Below are positions 1-13,100 of a DNA stretch of 64,000 nt, one piece after another. The notes beneath the pieces were generated by a model, which worked only from the letters and a program-made list of their open reading frames with translations, had not been told where the DNA came from and made no database searches. Source of the DNA: Geosiphon pyriformis uo1 (taxonomy: Eukaryota > Fungi > Glomeromycota); assembly GCA_016748015.1 (NCBI GenBank), contig JAAOMT010000494.1:674190-738189 (forward strand). Direction: 5' to 3'. Numbering within the stretch: the stretch's first letter is position 1; every line of letters begins with the position of its first letter. The position numbers and the translations under genes were made by a program.

Positions 1-3000
1 AAAATTTCCACAATTCGATTCATCGCTTCGGTGGTCAAAGAGGGAATATTAGCCATGCATCTTAAGTATTCTCCTAACGTTTTGATCATCATTAGGCTGC
101 ATGCGACTACCGTAAACTGGTGATTGCCTTCAATAGAGATGTACCGATTACTAATAAAATTATTTGTTGGACTGTTAGTCATAATCACAGTATCGGTATT
201 GGTTGGAAATTGCATAGGTGGCGCAAGATAGCTTGGAGAGAGGGGATTGGCTAAAGAGAGATCAGCTAATAAATTATCTTTGAAACCATCCATCCCAATA
301 GTCGCAGCAGAGACTATTCTGTCAACCATACGTTGAAAATCAACAGGAATCAGAGTTTGCACCCACTGTTCATTTTCAATTACAGAAGCAGCCGAATTCA
401 TTTTTTCCATATGAAAATGCTTCAGGAAAGATTTGGCCTTTGAACAAAGTTAGAGAATTTCCCGAATTAAATAATAAAATTTTATTATGATTATTAATAA
501 TATCAGTTATTATCATTTTTGATGGAATCTTACCTGAGACATGATGGTTCCCCGCAGGCCAATACACATCCGCCCGCATAAACTTTCACCTCCTAACACA
601 AATGCCCAGGTGACATCAAATAAGCGATAAAAATCTTTAGGATTGAGTCGAGCATTTGGTTCGGCACGTTCAGCAATCAGTTTGGCACAACGCATGTGAG
701 CAAGATCTGCAGCGGCAAAAACTATCTCACATGATTCCGTAATCAATTGTGCATATATATCATCTGAATGAGTGGCTGATTGTGAAATGGTAGTATCTCC
801 AGTTATGACTTGAACTGGCGTTGGCTCTTGAGAAACAGATGGAACTAATCCTAAGGTAGACGATGAGGCTTTTTGAATAATGGATTTGATTCCACTGGTT
901 ATCTTTTGTGCACCAATCAATTTAGATTGCTTACTGCCGCTTAATATTGGTTGTTGTTCATTCTGTACATTTTGAGCAATTGATTGGCTTTCAGATCCAT
1001 TTTCTTGTTGAATCATTTCTTGATTTTCTTTCTTTATTTTGATCAACTCGATCTTATTTCTACCCTCAACATCAGCGATTCGGAGATCATTCAAGATTGA
1101 GACAAATAGGTCATTATAAATAGCAATTCGCTTGATTGCTTCAAATAATAGTGCATAAACTGCCAAAAGAATTTCCATAAAGGCGTCAAACGACATTCCT
1201 TTAAGTAGCTTTGCAAAGGAATCACTAGCGAAAAAAAATAGAAAATGAAATTGGATAGAATAAAGCACTCTAAACAATCTTGTAGATCTACAAATCTAGG
1301 AATTAATATACCTGGGTTCATTCAGTGGGAGGTTGGAGGGGTAATGCTAAAAAACCGGGTTATAGATTTGTTAAAAAATTTTCTTAAGAACCATTATACT
1401 TTTAACATCAGACGATATTAATGTTTAAAATGGAGATTACCTTTTGAATGAGTTTCTTTACTTCCTTTAAAAGACGCTCACGATAAACAAGTAATGTGGT
1501 TGAAAAGCGGTTAATTTTATAAATTCCCACAACCAACGGTGATATTCTTTCACGCAATTTTGTCTCTTTCTGGCTGCTTTCGAGTAAGATAGAGGGGACG
1601 GGATGAACAGATTTTTTAATTGGCGATATAATTTGTAGGAATTCGTATAGAGAGTTTACAACTTTGCCCTTGTCCACATTATCAATATGTTCCTCAAAAT
1701 CAAGAAATATCATGTTTAATAAATCATTCTCCATCATAACACCAATTGTTTTATGCATCTCAGCCAGGTGACTGCTAAAGTGAACTAGCGCTCTCACTCC
1801 TCGAAGATCCACAGAACCAGATTTGAGTCCCTCTGATACATTACTCAAACGACGCAGAATTGTCTGGGGTCTCGAGGTTTTAGTAGTGATTATGGAAGAT
1901 TTAGTATTGAAAAGAGCTTTTTCTTCGTTTTCCGCAGAATAGTGATTTCCTTGTAAAAATTTTTTGGATTCTTCAATCAAATCCAACGCTGAAAAATAGT
2001 CTCCCTGACTCAATAAAACTTGTATCATTGGTTGAGTTGATCGTATTTCCGCTACCATTCTAATCCCTTCATAAAGTCTCCCCAAATTTGCACGGCGACG
2101 TTTCAATCGGACCACTTGGAGTCCTTTTTTCGCTTCTGAATCATCGATGCTAACCAACTTTTCTCTTAAAGCATGTATTTGCGAAACGCATTCCAAAGTC
2201 TCGGAATGTAATGCTTGTAAATTAGAAAGGGCTGCAAAAAATGAGGAAGATCGTTTAGATATTTCTTGCACAAGATGAACTTCTACCGTATCGAGATAAT
2301 GGGATAACTTTTCTTGAAGGATCGCATTGGCAGAGGTTCCACCATTGCCTCCAATAATTTCAGCTTGCTCACACACTAGATCAAATGTTCGCGGATTCTC
2401 GAGATTGAAGTCTTCTTCAAAATATATAGGAGGAACAATCTCCAATAAGGACAATTCTATGCAACCTTCTTTAGAAGGATTTTCAAGCAGGGAAGATATA
2501 GGGAGGTCAAGATTTTTGGATATTATACTTGACTCAGGGGCATCAAACGAATCATTAAATGATTTCACAGTCTTTTGCCGTGCTGCACCTATCCCTTTGT
2601 TACGATTGTATTGTTCGAATACAGGTGTGATCGATTTAACGTAATTTTGAAAATCGGATGGTTTCACCCTTCGAATAGGTGTATGGGCTACCACAGGGAT
2701 ATCATATTTAGAAGGCTTTCCAGCACTCGATGAAAGATTCGTGTTTGGATTATTAACTATACCAGAAATTGCTACGTTTTTCAAAACAAAGATTCAAGAG
2801 GAATATTCGTCATTTTTTATTTTTGATGCCTTTTATTTGACGAAAGAAACTAAAAAATACCATTGAAACCGACATCCTTTTTGCAATTTTTTTATTAAGC
2901 CAAGAATTGATTCAATATTAATATTGATTTTCAAGAATTTTAAGCTAATACGGCTAGATCAAGCACCTTTGTTGTCCAAGGTAAAGAAGTTTCTGACCTT

Positions 3001-3281
3001 GTACTAAGATTTGAAGTCGATGAATTGATGGAAACACGACGCCCATGTTTTCTATTGTATCCGTACAACGACATTGTTGTGGATACTCTCTGATTTACAG
3101 GGGAGATAGGGTGATATTCGTTGTAGTCATAACTGCGAGTCGAAGAAGTAGAAAAACGCCTTGGGGTGGAAGTTGGGAAAGAAGAGATGATGAAGGATCT
3201 GTCATACACGGTATTGGTCTGCGATAATTGTGCATAGTTCTCAGAATTTTTAGATTCGTTCTCTGAAACTTTGGAGTTCAT
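1..3281 (-). CDS. VPS54: GARP complex subunit Vps54, multi-exon; 3' end lies beyond the window start
   Basis: ATG at 3281. GT-AG exons 3281-2967, micro-exon 2876-2861 and 2771-1441, then further exons to position 1. Vps54 hallmarks: 'LQEKLSHYLDTVEVHLVQEISKRSSSFFAALSNLQALH', 'AAADLAHMRCAKLI', 'FVLGGESLCGRMCIGLRGTIMSQ', and C-terminal 'FTVVACSLMMIKTLGEYLRC'. Confidence 0.9.
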
Positions 3282-3669
3282 TTTTCCCTATCATTCAAAG
3301 ATATATTTCTATCTACTCAGTGAACAAAAATAATTATATCGGATTATTGAGGGATTTAAATTGAAAAGATGTTTCTGGCGGAAGCCTCTCTATCTTGGAA
3401 AAAGTAAGCAACGACAGAATAGGATAATAGAGAAATTTTGAAATTAAATTTAACCACAATTTATATATCACATGAAAAAATTAAGCTCAAATTTATTAGG
3501 TCAGCATTCAATTTTTCTCTGAATTGTCAACAACTACGAATAAAAATCCTTAAAAGCATCGACGAGATGCCGATGCTTTTAAGGCTTAGCTACATGCACC
3601 CCACTTGGCCTGATTTTTGGACCCAAATTATCGACGACTTTTCTTCACATTATAGTGATCCTCCTTACC

Positions 3670-6600
3670 AAGTCATCAGAAATTTGAATTCGTGGGAACT
3701 CAACTCCTCCAGATATTGATTAAATTTCATTGCCCCGAGCAAGAAATTTTGATAGATTGACTCGGGCTGTCGTTACGAAGTTCAACCTCATATTTAGAGC
3801 AATTATTTTTCATGAACCTAAAAAACAATCAATGCTTTGGTCAAATAAAAGAAATATTTTGAAGATCAAAGGGAAAACTTACTGCTTTGGTTTTTTTGGA
3901 GCACTGTGCTAGGAGAAATATTACATTATCGTCATTTGACCTCGGAGTGGAGTCTAAAGAGTTCGAAAGTAATTGCATTTGAACCCAAAGTCTTTGGTAT
4001 GAATTAAGAGGTTGCACCACGGAAATTTGGTTGGCCATAGTTTGATTTCTTCATGATCAAAGCTTCCAACGTTTTTTTGGGATTTATGAAGCATCTATAC
4101 TCAGGATGACCTACACCATTCAAATCAAATATTAGATCTTGTCACTCTGCCTCAAGCTATGATGAGCATATAAAATAACAACCTTCACTGATGACCTTCA
4201 AGAAACCTATCGTTTGGGCTTTATCCATGGTGATATAAAGGAAATCGTCCACACATCAAAGCAACATTCGTGAGACGTTGACACATTCATTTTCGCTATG
4301 TTTAATAAGATGCCTGGCTTTATAGCCTTACCTTCAAAATATGCTGTTTGATATGGTTTTCGAGTAATGCAAGTGTCTCTTAAGCTTCTCAGTAAGGATA
4401 AAGAAACTCCATCTACAAACACCATGCGGCTCAATGATTCTGCAACAATAAGTGGAAAGCAAGGAAAACCCTCTAGAAATATGTATTTACGGAAATGAAT
4501 CAAATATATAAATTTATCAGACTTTTAATTATGACTAATTTAGGAAGGAACTTGTCTTTAAACCTGCTGGACATGCTTTTTTGTTATATGTCATTGTCTA
4601 TTGCCGACATCATGGTGAATTTGATCATCTTTTAGTGACGCTATTGTGATGAGTCATATAGAAATTGTCAAAAAAGGTATTGAAAAATGAAATCGAGGTT
4701 TTGACTTTAAAACTTTTACTTACACTTTGGAACAAATTTGATATAATTTCCAATAACAGATTTTGGTCGATCGAGTCAAAACAGAATCTTAGGCAAAATA
4801 TATAACTTTCAGCTGTAAAAAAATAGTTAGCTTTGGCTAAATATATTTCAATTTAAACAACTTACTTTTTGGGCAATTTTTTTTGAAATCAACCAATTGA
4901 TTAGACATCATTTGTACTGGCGACCGTGCAATTTGAAAATTCGAATCTTCGCTCCTAAGGGTATTTGGAATGAGCAAGAATTATTTTAATTAAAAGCAAT
5001 TTCATGCATTAAATTTTCGAAAGTGACATGCTTTTTCTCAAGTTAATATTTAAAAGATTTTATTCATCCAAATTTAATTTTTTTTAATCTCCAAGCTATC
5101 ATTTATATGAGAACGATTTCTTCGCAATGGGCCTATACCTATTCTGTTTTTGAACAAGAGGAATAGAAGAAAGGCTGGCTTTCGTTGTGGGAGAGTCGTT
5201 GTATTTGTTCCTGTCGCAATCATGTCACAAATAGACACCTCCTTAGAACTTTAGATCAAATGAAGTGGGAAGGCAACTTATTTTGAAAAAATAAAATTAT
5301 TTACCCGGTTCAAGTTCTTTGAAATTGTTATTCAGAAAACGGACGATTTCAATGTCTGAAACTTTGTGCCAGATGTCCTGTCGAAAATAGTAAATACGAT
5401 GACCATCATTTTGAATGTCAGTGATGTAGAAGTTGGTCTGTAAAAAGTTAGCAAAAAATATCGTGAATTAATCATTTCAAGAAACTAGTTTAATTAATAA
5501 AATAATATTAAACAGTTATCTAACCCAAAGTAGTGGAATTCCTTCAAAAACTCATTCTAAGAATTCTGATATAATCGCTTTGCCCTTTAACATATGAACC
5601 GGCACCCATTATCTAAATAATAATAATTTATTTTTTGATTAAGAAATTTTCGCTAAATAATTCATCTACAACTGCAAGAAACTTTAGTTTGACAATCAAA
5701 AATTGAAATCAATCGGAAATACTTACTTTGGAATATAGTGGTCTCATCCTCAGGTATCAAACGATCTAGTACATCCTGTACATATTTGGATACCTGATCA
5801 AAAGTGCGGGATTTCCATTATCAGTTCTTTTACCAAAATTGACGCCAGGAATGCGGGAAACGGTTTAAAGTCCTAAGAAAACATTAAATGTCATTTTTTA
5901 CAATAAAATTAAAACCAAAACACATCGGTAATGAATCTGTTTTCCAACTTTTTCTTCACTCAATTTGAGGCTGCTTAAGGGATCTTGGATTATTATATAC
6001 TTCAATCTCATTTAAAGGACCCTTATATAATTGAAAGCGTTCTGGAAAAATCACAGAGAACATTACATCCGTATCGATTAGCTCGGGCGAACACATCTGA
6101 ATGATTATGATACCAGAATTGTCTAAACCGAATTATAAAGTAAATTGCTTACGCTAAGGCGGTAAACCTAACCCAAGAATCTTGGTGTCACCAGCAGGGA
6201 TACAAATGGGTGCACGATAAAAAATATACCCCCTTTTGAGCATTCGCGCAGTATCGATAGAGATTGAGGAATGTTGAAGTCAATAAACAATAGAATTTCG
6301 TGAAAATTACCTCCTGAGTTTCCAATCGAGGAAGTTTATTGAGATATGAGGTTCATTTCTGAAATTGATGAACCAACAATGGTTTTTTTTTTGGCATAAT
6401 GTTATCGTTAAAAGCTCTCTCCTCCCCGATCGTCGTTGCCTGCTATAATTGGTGAGGTCATTATTGGAACACTTTCAATGAATTAATCGTTGTTTCATTT
6501 CAGAAAGAGCATTTATTAAAATACCCCGAGTTGGATAACTCTTCGCTGGTGATTACCTGGAAACAGTTTAACTTAAGCTTGAGATTAAAAGTCAGAGTTG

Positions 6601-6690
6601 AGTTCTGAAATTCTACCGCAAGTTTCAAGTAAATCCTTAATCCACAATTTATTAAGAACCGGCCCATGCCTTCCTTAAGAGAAACCATTT
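3670..6690 (-). pseudogene. TERT: Telomerase reverse transcriptase, unprocessed (intron-retaining) pseudogene
   Basis: Hand translation gives TERT motifs in the correct order: GQ-like 'GMGRFLINCG..NCFQV' (~6670-6550); 'RGYIFYRAPI..GLGLPP' (~6240-6160); 'VIFPERFQL' (~6055-6029); QFP 'QVSKYVQDVLDRLIP' (~5795-5752); T motif 'ISEFLE*VFEGIPLL/TNFYITDIQNDGHRIYYFRQDIWHKV' (5570-5360); motifs 1/2 'SSIPLVQKQNRYRPI' (~5170-5125); motif A remnant 'KLY..CFDSIDQNLLLEII' (~4808-4742); motif C 'LL*CVDDFLYIT' (4264-4229); motif D 'GHPEYRCFINPKKTL' (~4110-4067); motif E 'FPWCNLLI' (~4025-4002); CTE 'TTARVNL/QNFLLGAMKFNQYL' (~3775-3710). It carries in-frame stops, frameshifts and deletions. Confidence 0.88.
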
Positions 6691-6968
6691 TTCAAAAGTA
6701 ATAAATTTTCTCCAGACGCGTGAAAAGGCCAATCTTACCATGATTGTCTAGCGGTGATTGGCCACTTTCAGTACTTCATCGAACTCGAGCTCAATTTTTT
6801 AATTATAATCCTTATTGTAAAAACTACGCAAATTTTCCCCACTGTTCTGATGAAGTTCTGAATTCAAAGTTCTGAATGCTCGGATTTTTTTGGTTTTACT
6901 TCCGTTCCAACCTAACTTCGCGTTTTCGATAATAATATCACCCAATTAGGGACTTGCCTTTTACCTCA

Positions 6969-9863
6969 ATGGATCTTAGTCCTACTGAGCAAGAAATTCT
7001 GGAAACAGAATTTTCAGCTGAGGATCAAGAAAACGATGACTGTTCTCTCTTCCGTTCGTTTTGGTCAAGTTTAAGAACTATTGTTTACGAGGTTTCCTCT
7101 TACTGGGGAAAGGTAGTAAAAAGAATAAGAAAAATAGCAACTCTTTTTTTGCTGATTCCCGCATTATTCGGCATTGACTACCAAATAGAAGTTCTACAAC
7201 TCGGCTATATCTCCTCATAATCCAGAGATGGAATACAAGCGCCGTTTAGAGACTGCTGAAGATTACGATCAATGGGCCGAAGCAGCGACAAAGTTAGATC
7301 AATTGCAAGGTATTCGGCTTTTTCGACCTTTCTACTTGAATTATGAATTTTAATATTTTGATTTAATTCATTCAGGCAATCGCTATTGATTTTCTAAGGC
7401 AAAGATGTTTGGAAACACAATCCCGCATCTCCCGATTATGAATATGATCTCCTACAAACGCGCTTTCTAGAACTACAACGAGTACGTAAAAGAGGCGATC
7501 TCGCTTACATGATTTTCTTACTGAGAACCTCATTGTCAAGAAATTTGGGTGATATGGGCCAACCAAAGGTATTCACTATGAACCTTAATTTTAAATTCCA
7601 TTGTTCAAATAAGAAAGTATTTCGCCGTAGTTATCTTTAATTAATTTTTTCACAGCTTTACGCCTACACTAATATTGGCACAAAGAAGCTTATTGAAGTG
7701 TATATTCAAGAAGTTGTCGATCATTTAAATCACATTTGTGACACTCCTTCCGAGGATATCACAACCAAAGAAAAACTAGAATTTTTTACGAATACGAGGC
7801 AGTCATTTGGAAGAACTGCTCTGCTTTTGAGCGGGGGAGCGACCTTTGGTATTCACTTTTTCCCAACGCAATTTTCTTATGTTATAACTTGAATAAAAAA
7901 GATTTGAAATATTATAATTGGTTGCCTTCAACAGGTCTAACCCATCTCGGTGTGATCAAATGTCTACATAAATGTAAACTTCTCCCACGAATTATCTCTG
8001 GGGCCTCTAGTGGCTCAATTATTGCCGCGATTATATGCACTAAAACAGATGATGAAATCCCGGAGCTGCTTAGTTTTTCACAACCGCTTGAACTGGTAGG
8101 CCTTATAGAACAATATCAAAAAACACCAGAATCTCACCATCATATTTTGAAAATTTTTGCAGGAAGTGTTTGAAAGACTTTCTGATCCAGATACATGGTT
8201 TAAGCGGGTGACTAGATTACTGAAACACGGTAAAATATGTCAAACGGTTTTACTTCCTTCTTCATTACATGTTGCTTTAATGGCATTGATTTTGTTAAGG
8301 TGTGCTCTTTGACGTGGAAATTCTGCGAGAATGTATGCGTAGAAACATTGGAGATATGACATTCCAGGTTAAAATTTTCTTTTACTCGATGAAACGCACG
8401 CAATGATCTAACTTGGTTTTTTTAGGAAGCATACAATCGTACAAGAAGGATCCTTAACATCACCGTTAGCTCTTCCACTGTCTACGAAATGCCACGTCTA
8501 CTCAATTATTTGACGGCTCCCAATGTGGTATGATTGGGTTTTGGAAAATATATCATATTTGATATTTTTATATATATTCTTTGCTTATTCGATTTTTCTG
8601 TTCACTATTATGCTGCTATTCTCAATTATAGTTGATTTGGTCAGCCGTGTAAGTAAGATCGATCGTCATTTACTGATTTACTCCCTCTTTTTAACTAATT
8701 ATAAGTTTGTGATTTAAAGTGCAGCTTCATGTTCTGTGCCTTTAGTCTATAGCTCTGTGCCATTAATGGCCAAAGATAAGGCTGGAAAAGTGGTTCCATG
8801 GAATCCCTCTGGTATTTTTATTACTCTGGGGTTCATAATATTTCTTGCTTATCCTCAAATTTTTTACATTCTTTCCAATAAGGACATCGTTGGATTGATG
8901 GTTCGGTGGAAAAGTACGGAAAAAAATTTTGGGGTTTTTTTTGAAGGGAATTAATAATAAAGAATTTGTTTTAGTGATTTGCCAATGAACAAACTATCTG
9001 AACTTTTCAACGTTAATCATTTTATTGTGTGCCAAGGTATTTGGTCTTACCATCTTCGTGTTTTCCAAAAAGATATTAAGCATTCTTTTTTAACATTTTT
9101 TTCCTTTGTACAGTGAACCCTCATGTAATTCCCTTTTTGCAGACAAATCTGATTCCTTCAGCGATTAACAGGATCGTTGGATGGTTTTTGTTTTTGGCTA
9201 TATCCGAACTGCAACACCGATTAACTCAGGTAAGAACGGACTATGATTCTGGGGCAGTCTCAATTTTGGTAATAATTTTATTCCATTTCATAGTTAAGTG
9301 AGCTTGGCATTATGACGAGCCTTATATATCGATTACAAGCTATGATGTCTCAACGTTATTATGGAGATATCACCATCGTACCTCATATTTCTTATGCTGA
9401 TTTCTTGAATCTCCTGACTAACCCCACGCCAGAATTGGTCCAAGATGCGAGCTTAAGAGGAGAAAGGGCTACATGGCCAAGTATTTTAGACGATTATTGA
9501 TGCTTAGTATTGCTTATCGCATCATCTAATATATTTTATATATTTCCCTTGACGAATATTTGATATTTTAAAGAAATATCAATAATTCGTAACCATTGTC
9601 AAATTGAGCTGACTCTAGATGAAATCATCTATCGATTGCGTCTGGCCCAATTAGATGATTCCCTGGCCACGCGTAATTCTGCGGCTTCTATTGATGGCCC
9701 TGATGTAGGAAATTTATCAGATGGAAGTAGCACTGGAGGCAAACGCAACCGTGAGAAACGCCCTAGAGTCCTTCCGTTTGCTCCAATAATCGATTCCAAT
9801 TCGAAATCCTCCAAAAACAATCCCTTGAGCAAATTAATGATTTCTAAAATTCATGATTCCTAG
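6969..9863 (+). CDS. TGL4: Patatin-like triacylglycerol lipase (TGL4/TGL5/SDP1 type, DUF3336 + patatin), multi-exon, apparently intact
   Basis: ATG at 6969 and stop TAG at 9863, with more than 10 GT-AG introns. Motifs: '[16 protein letters not shown]', '[14 protein letters not shown]', oxyanion '[15 protein letters not shown]', nucleophile 'IISGASSG', '[17 protein letters not shown]', '[10 protein letters not shown]', catalytic 'WIDGSVE', '[16 protein letters not shown]'. Confidence 0.88.
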
Positions 9864-10165
9864 TACATAATATGATCAGACAAGAAAGCTCCGCAATTAC
9901 ATTTGATGATCATACAGTTGAATGTTAAATATTAAGATTCAGTCAATATATATTTCTTTATCTCGTATAAAGTTTTTGATTTTTGCGAGCAATGAATTGG
10001 TTATTAGGTCAAAAGTTTAATAAGTTAATAAATTAGTATTAGTCTCAATTTTTAAAGCTTTTTATGATGTTTCGAACTATTAATGATTATTTAATTAAAC
10101 AAAATTCGTTTTGGCACGTTATTTTAATTTGTTTTACGGTTGAAAACCATAGTTTTTATTAATAT

Positions 10166-13100
10166 TGTTACGGGTTGGAGTAACAAGCTAACGGATAGCA
10201 AGGGAGAACAGGATTGTAGGGTGATGGAAATAATCAAAGGGGATTCAACTTCAATGAGCGAATTGAATGAGTATGGATTCAATGTGCGAGATCAGTCTCA
10301 TAAAATATCTCAGTCGCTATTCTTTTCAAAAGGTAACAAGGGAATCTGAAGGTAGAGGGATAGTCCGTACTGTCAAAAATTGATAACCGCTGGTATAATT
10401 CTATGCCTCACGTCGGCGCTCTTAGAATTCAATATCAGGTATCAACTTGTGCTCTTCAGTCACGTTTATTCAAATAATCTTCAAATACTGCAATTACACG
10501 TTTCAAGAAAGTGCCAACAAGTAATCTTTTATCCAAAAGATGTTCAGATACTTGAAGGTAGGGAAAGGGAAATTAGCGATAAGAGAATGTTTGAGATGGA
10601 AGTTTGTTATTTTATTTCTTTGATTGTCTTGATTTCTTACATTGATATTTTTCTACAGCTAAGAGACTCATCACTTATATATCTATTGAAAGTGGTCAAC
10701 GACCAGATCAATGATTAGGTCAATGATCAGGTCAACGATCAGGTCATTGATCAGGTCAATGATCACTATTTAAAAATAGGGTGGCTAATTATATGACATC
10801 AGTGGCTAATACATGTGATAACTAATAAAAACTATGAGTTTCAACCATAACATCATCCTCTTCAAAGAGATTGAGCTTTGGTGAAATCAAACTATTTAGG
10901 AAATACTCTATTTGAAGGGTTTTATCTAACTTAAAACTAACTAGTTTGTTAAAGTCTTTTGTAAATAAGATATATAAAACTTGAGGTGAAATGAGCTTTG
11001 TGTTCAAGAGACCAAATTTTTGTATAAGAGTTTTGGCTCTTTTTACAATGGTCAAAACTCTTGAGACATCTAATTATACAATGTTCAAAATTTCCACTTG
11101 TATCTCAAAAGTTGTTTTCTTCATGAGCTTCATGTCTTCTATGATTTTACCAAGACGATCATAGAATTCTAGTTGTCTTCCATATGACAAGTTTTTGTCT
11201 ATGGACAAGATTTCTTTAATTGTTTTTCCAATTGTAATAGAAGGTGCAAGTATTACTACTGTTATACTTTCCAGCAAATACTTATTCATTTTGCTACCAA
11301 TTTTTTCTCTTCTGGTAGTTGTTTTCTTTGGTCTAATAACAGTATGTGTTCCATTGTTATCAGTTATTGTAGTTTGTTTTTCAATAGTCAGAGTAGCATT
11401 TGGATAGTTTTTAATCCAATACTTATGAAGAGTATAGAAAGCATTTTGAATGTTTTGATCCAGAAAATAATTGTTTATGTTGATTGAAGATACCTCTGTT
11501 TTGGAAGTGGTGCATTTATTTATATTTGATTTTTGCTGATCATTTGGGTCAGTATTATCACAACAGGTAACCAATCAGATCATTTGTGATATTTCTTGAG
11601 TCATGTGCCATGAACAGAACAATCATTAAAGATTGTTCCAGATTGATCTTGAAGAATATAAGAACCATTGTTCAGAACTTTGTTGACTATAAAAGGTCTT
11701 TTCTATTGGCTAAAGAATTTATTATCATAGATATTGTCTTTGTCTGAATGGTATTCCAAAACCAAGTCACCAATGCTTAAGGAAAGTGTTTTATAGGTTT
11801 TTTTTTTCTTAAGCTTCTCTTGGAACTGTTTTATCTTTTCAAAGACAATTATTTGTGTCTCTACCAATGAGTCAAGAATGGTATCAAGTCTTCTTTGCAA
11901 AATGTTTTTGTAATTCCCTATTGTGATTTCTTTAAAGGGTATTGTCTTAATATTAGTTTCTATTGGTAGTGTTGCCATTCATCCATAGAGCAAGTAAAAA
12001 GGTTCATAACTTGTTATGTCATGATTCACAATTCTATAAGCAAACAAAGCTGAAGACAGTACTTTGTCTCATAAGTTTGTTTCTTTACTTGTTTTGGCTA
12101 AGGTTTCACACAGTGTTTTATTAAAATGTTCCACTAGGCCATTTGTTTGGGGGTGATAAGGGGAGGAAAGTTTGTGACATATTCCCATTTTTCTACAAAG
12201 TTCTTCAACCAGTGTACTAAGAAAAGCTTTTTCTCTATCAAATAAAAGTTTTTTGGAGCAGCCATAGCAACAAATGATATCTTCATAAATAAAATTAGCA
12301 ATGGAAACTGCTGTTTGATCTGGGGTGGCTCTTGCTTTTACCCACTTTGTAAGATAGTCAGTAGCTGTGATAATATATCTGTTGCCATCAGGAGTTACTG
12401 TTAATGGTCCAACAACATCTATACCAATTCTGTCAAAGAGTTGGCCAACAGAGATTGGATGGATGTCTTCTTTGCGATTGGGTTTTCCTCTTTTTTGGTA
12501 GGTATTACAGGTTTTGATGTACTCAGCAATGTCTTTTCCCAAGGTAGGCCAATAATAGTGAGCTAGAGTTTTCTGAATTGTTTTTGTTTTTCCAAAGTGT
12601 CCAGCTAATGGATCAGTGTGCATATTGTAGATCACAATTTCTCTTTCTTCAAATCTTATGACTCTCTGGAGGTGGTTAAGATCTTTTCTATTTCTTTTAT
12701 ATAATTGGTTTTGGTGAATCAAATAAAAATTTAATTGTTTGCACAAATGTTCTCTTTGCTGTTGAGTGTATTCTGGTGGATATTGTTCTTTACCCAAAAA
12801 TTTCATTAAGGCAGAGTAGTTGTCCAAGTCTATTATTGTGTTTGGTTGTAAAAGAATTATTAATAATTAGGTTGGTTTGGTTTGGGAGGTTGTACTGTCA
12901 CTTGGTGGTAAGTCTGGAGAGAGCGTCAGCATTTTGATGATTAGCTCTTTTATGGTGTTGAATATCATAGTCAAATTCATCCAAGTGGAGTATTCAGCAG
13001 GCTATCTGTTTATGTTCTAGCCTTTTCTTGTTGTGCAGCCAAACCAAAGCTTGGTGATCTGTTACCACCAAAAACTTTACACCAAGAAGATACTTATCCC

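Noticed and set aside
4207-4503. Small ORFs at 3841-4038, 4207-4503 and 6500-6688 as independent genes (at first 'FVDG' suggested a patatin)
   Set aside because: They overlap or partly read TERT exons. The TERT motifs appear in the same or alternative frames in the correct order.
4256-5554. TERT stops rescued by A-to-I editing or UGA readthrough
   Set aside because: Editing could restore the T-motif Trp, but not the frameshifts, the motif A deletion or the missing motif B'.
10140-10718. Recurrent antisense ORFs in the LTRs and antisense shadows of gag/pol/ORF3
   Set aside because: They recur only because the repeat recurs. Their starts and stops differ between copies and they have no recognisable domain.
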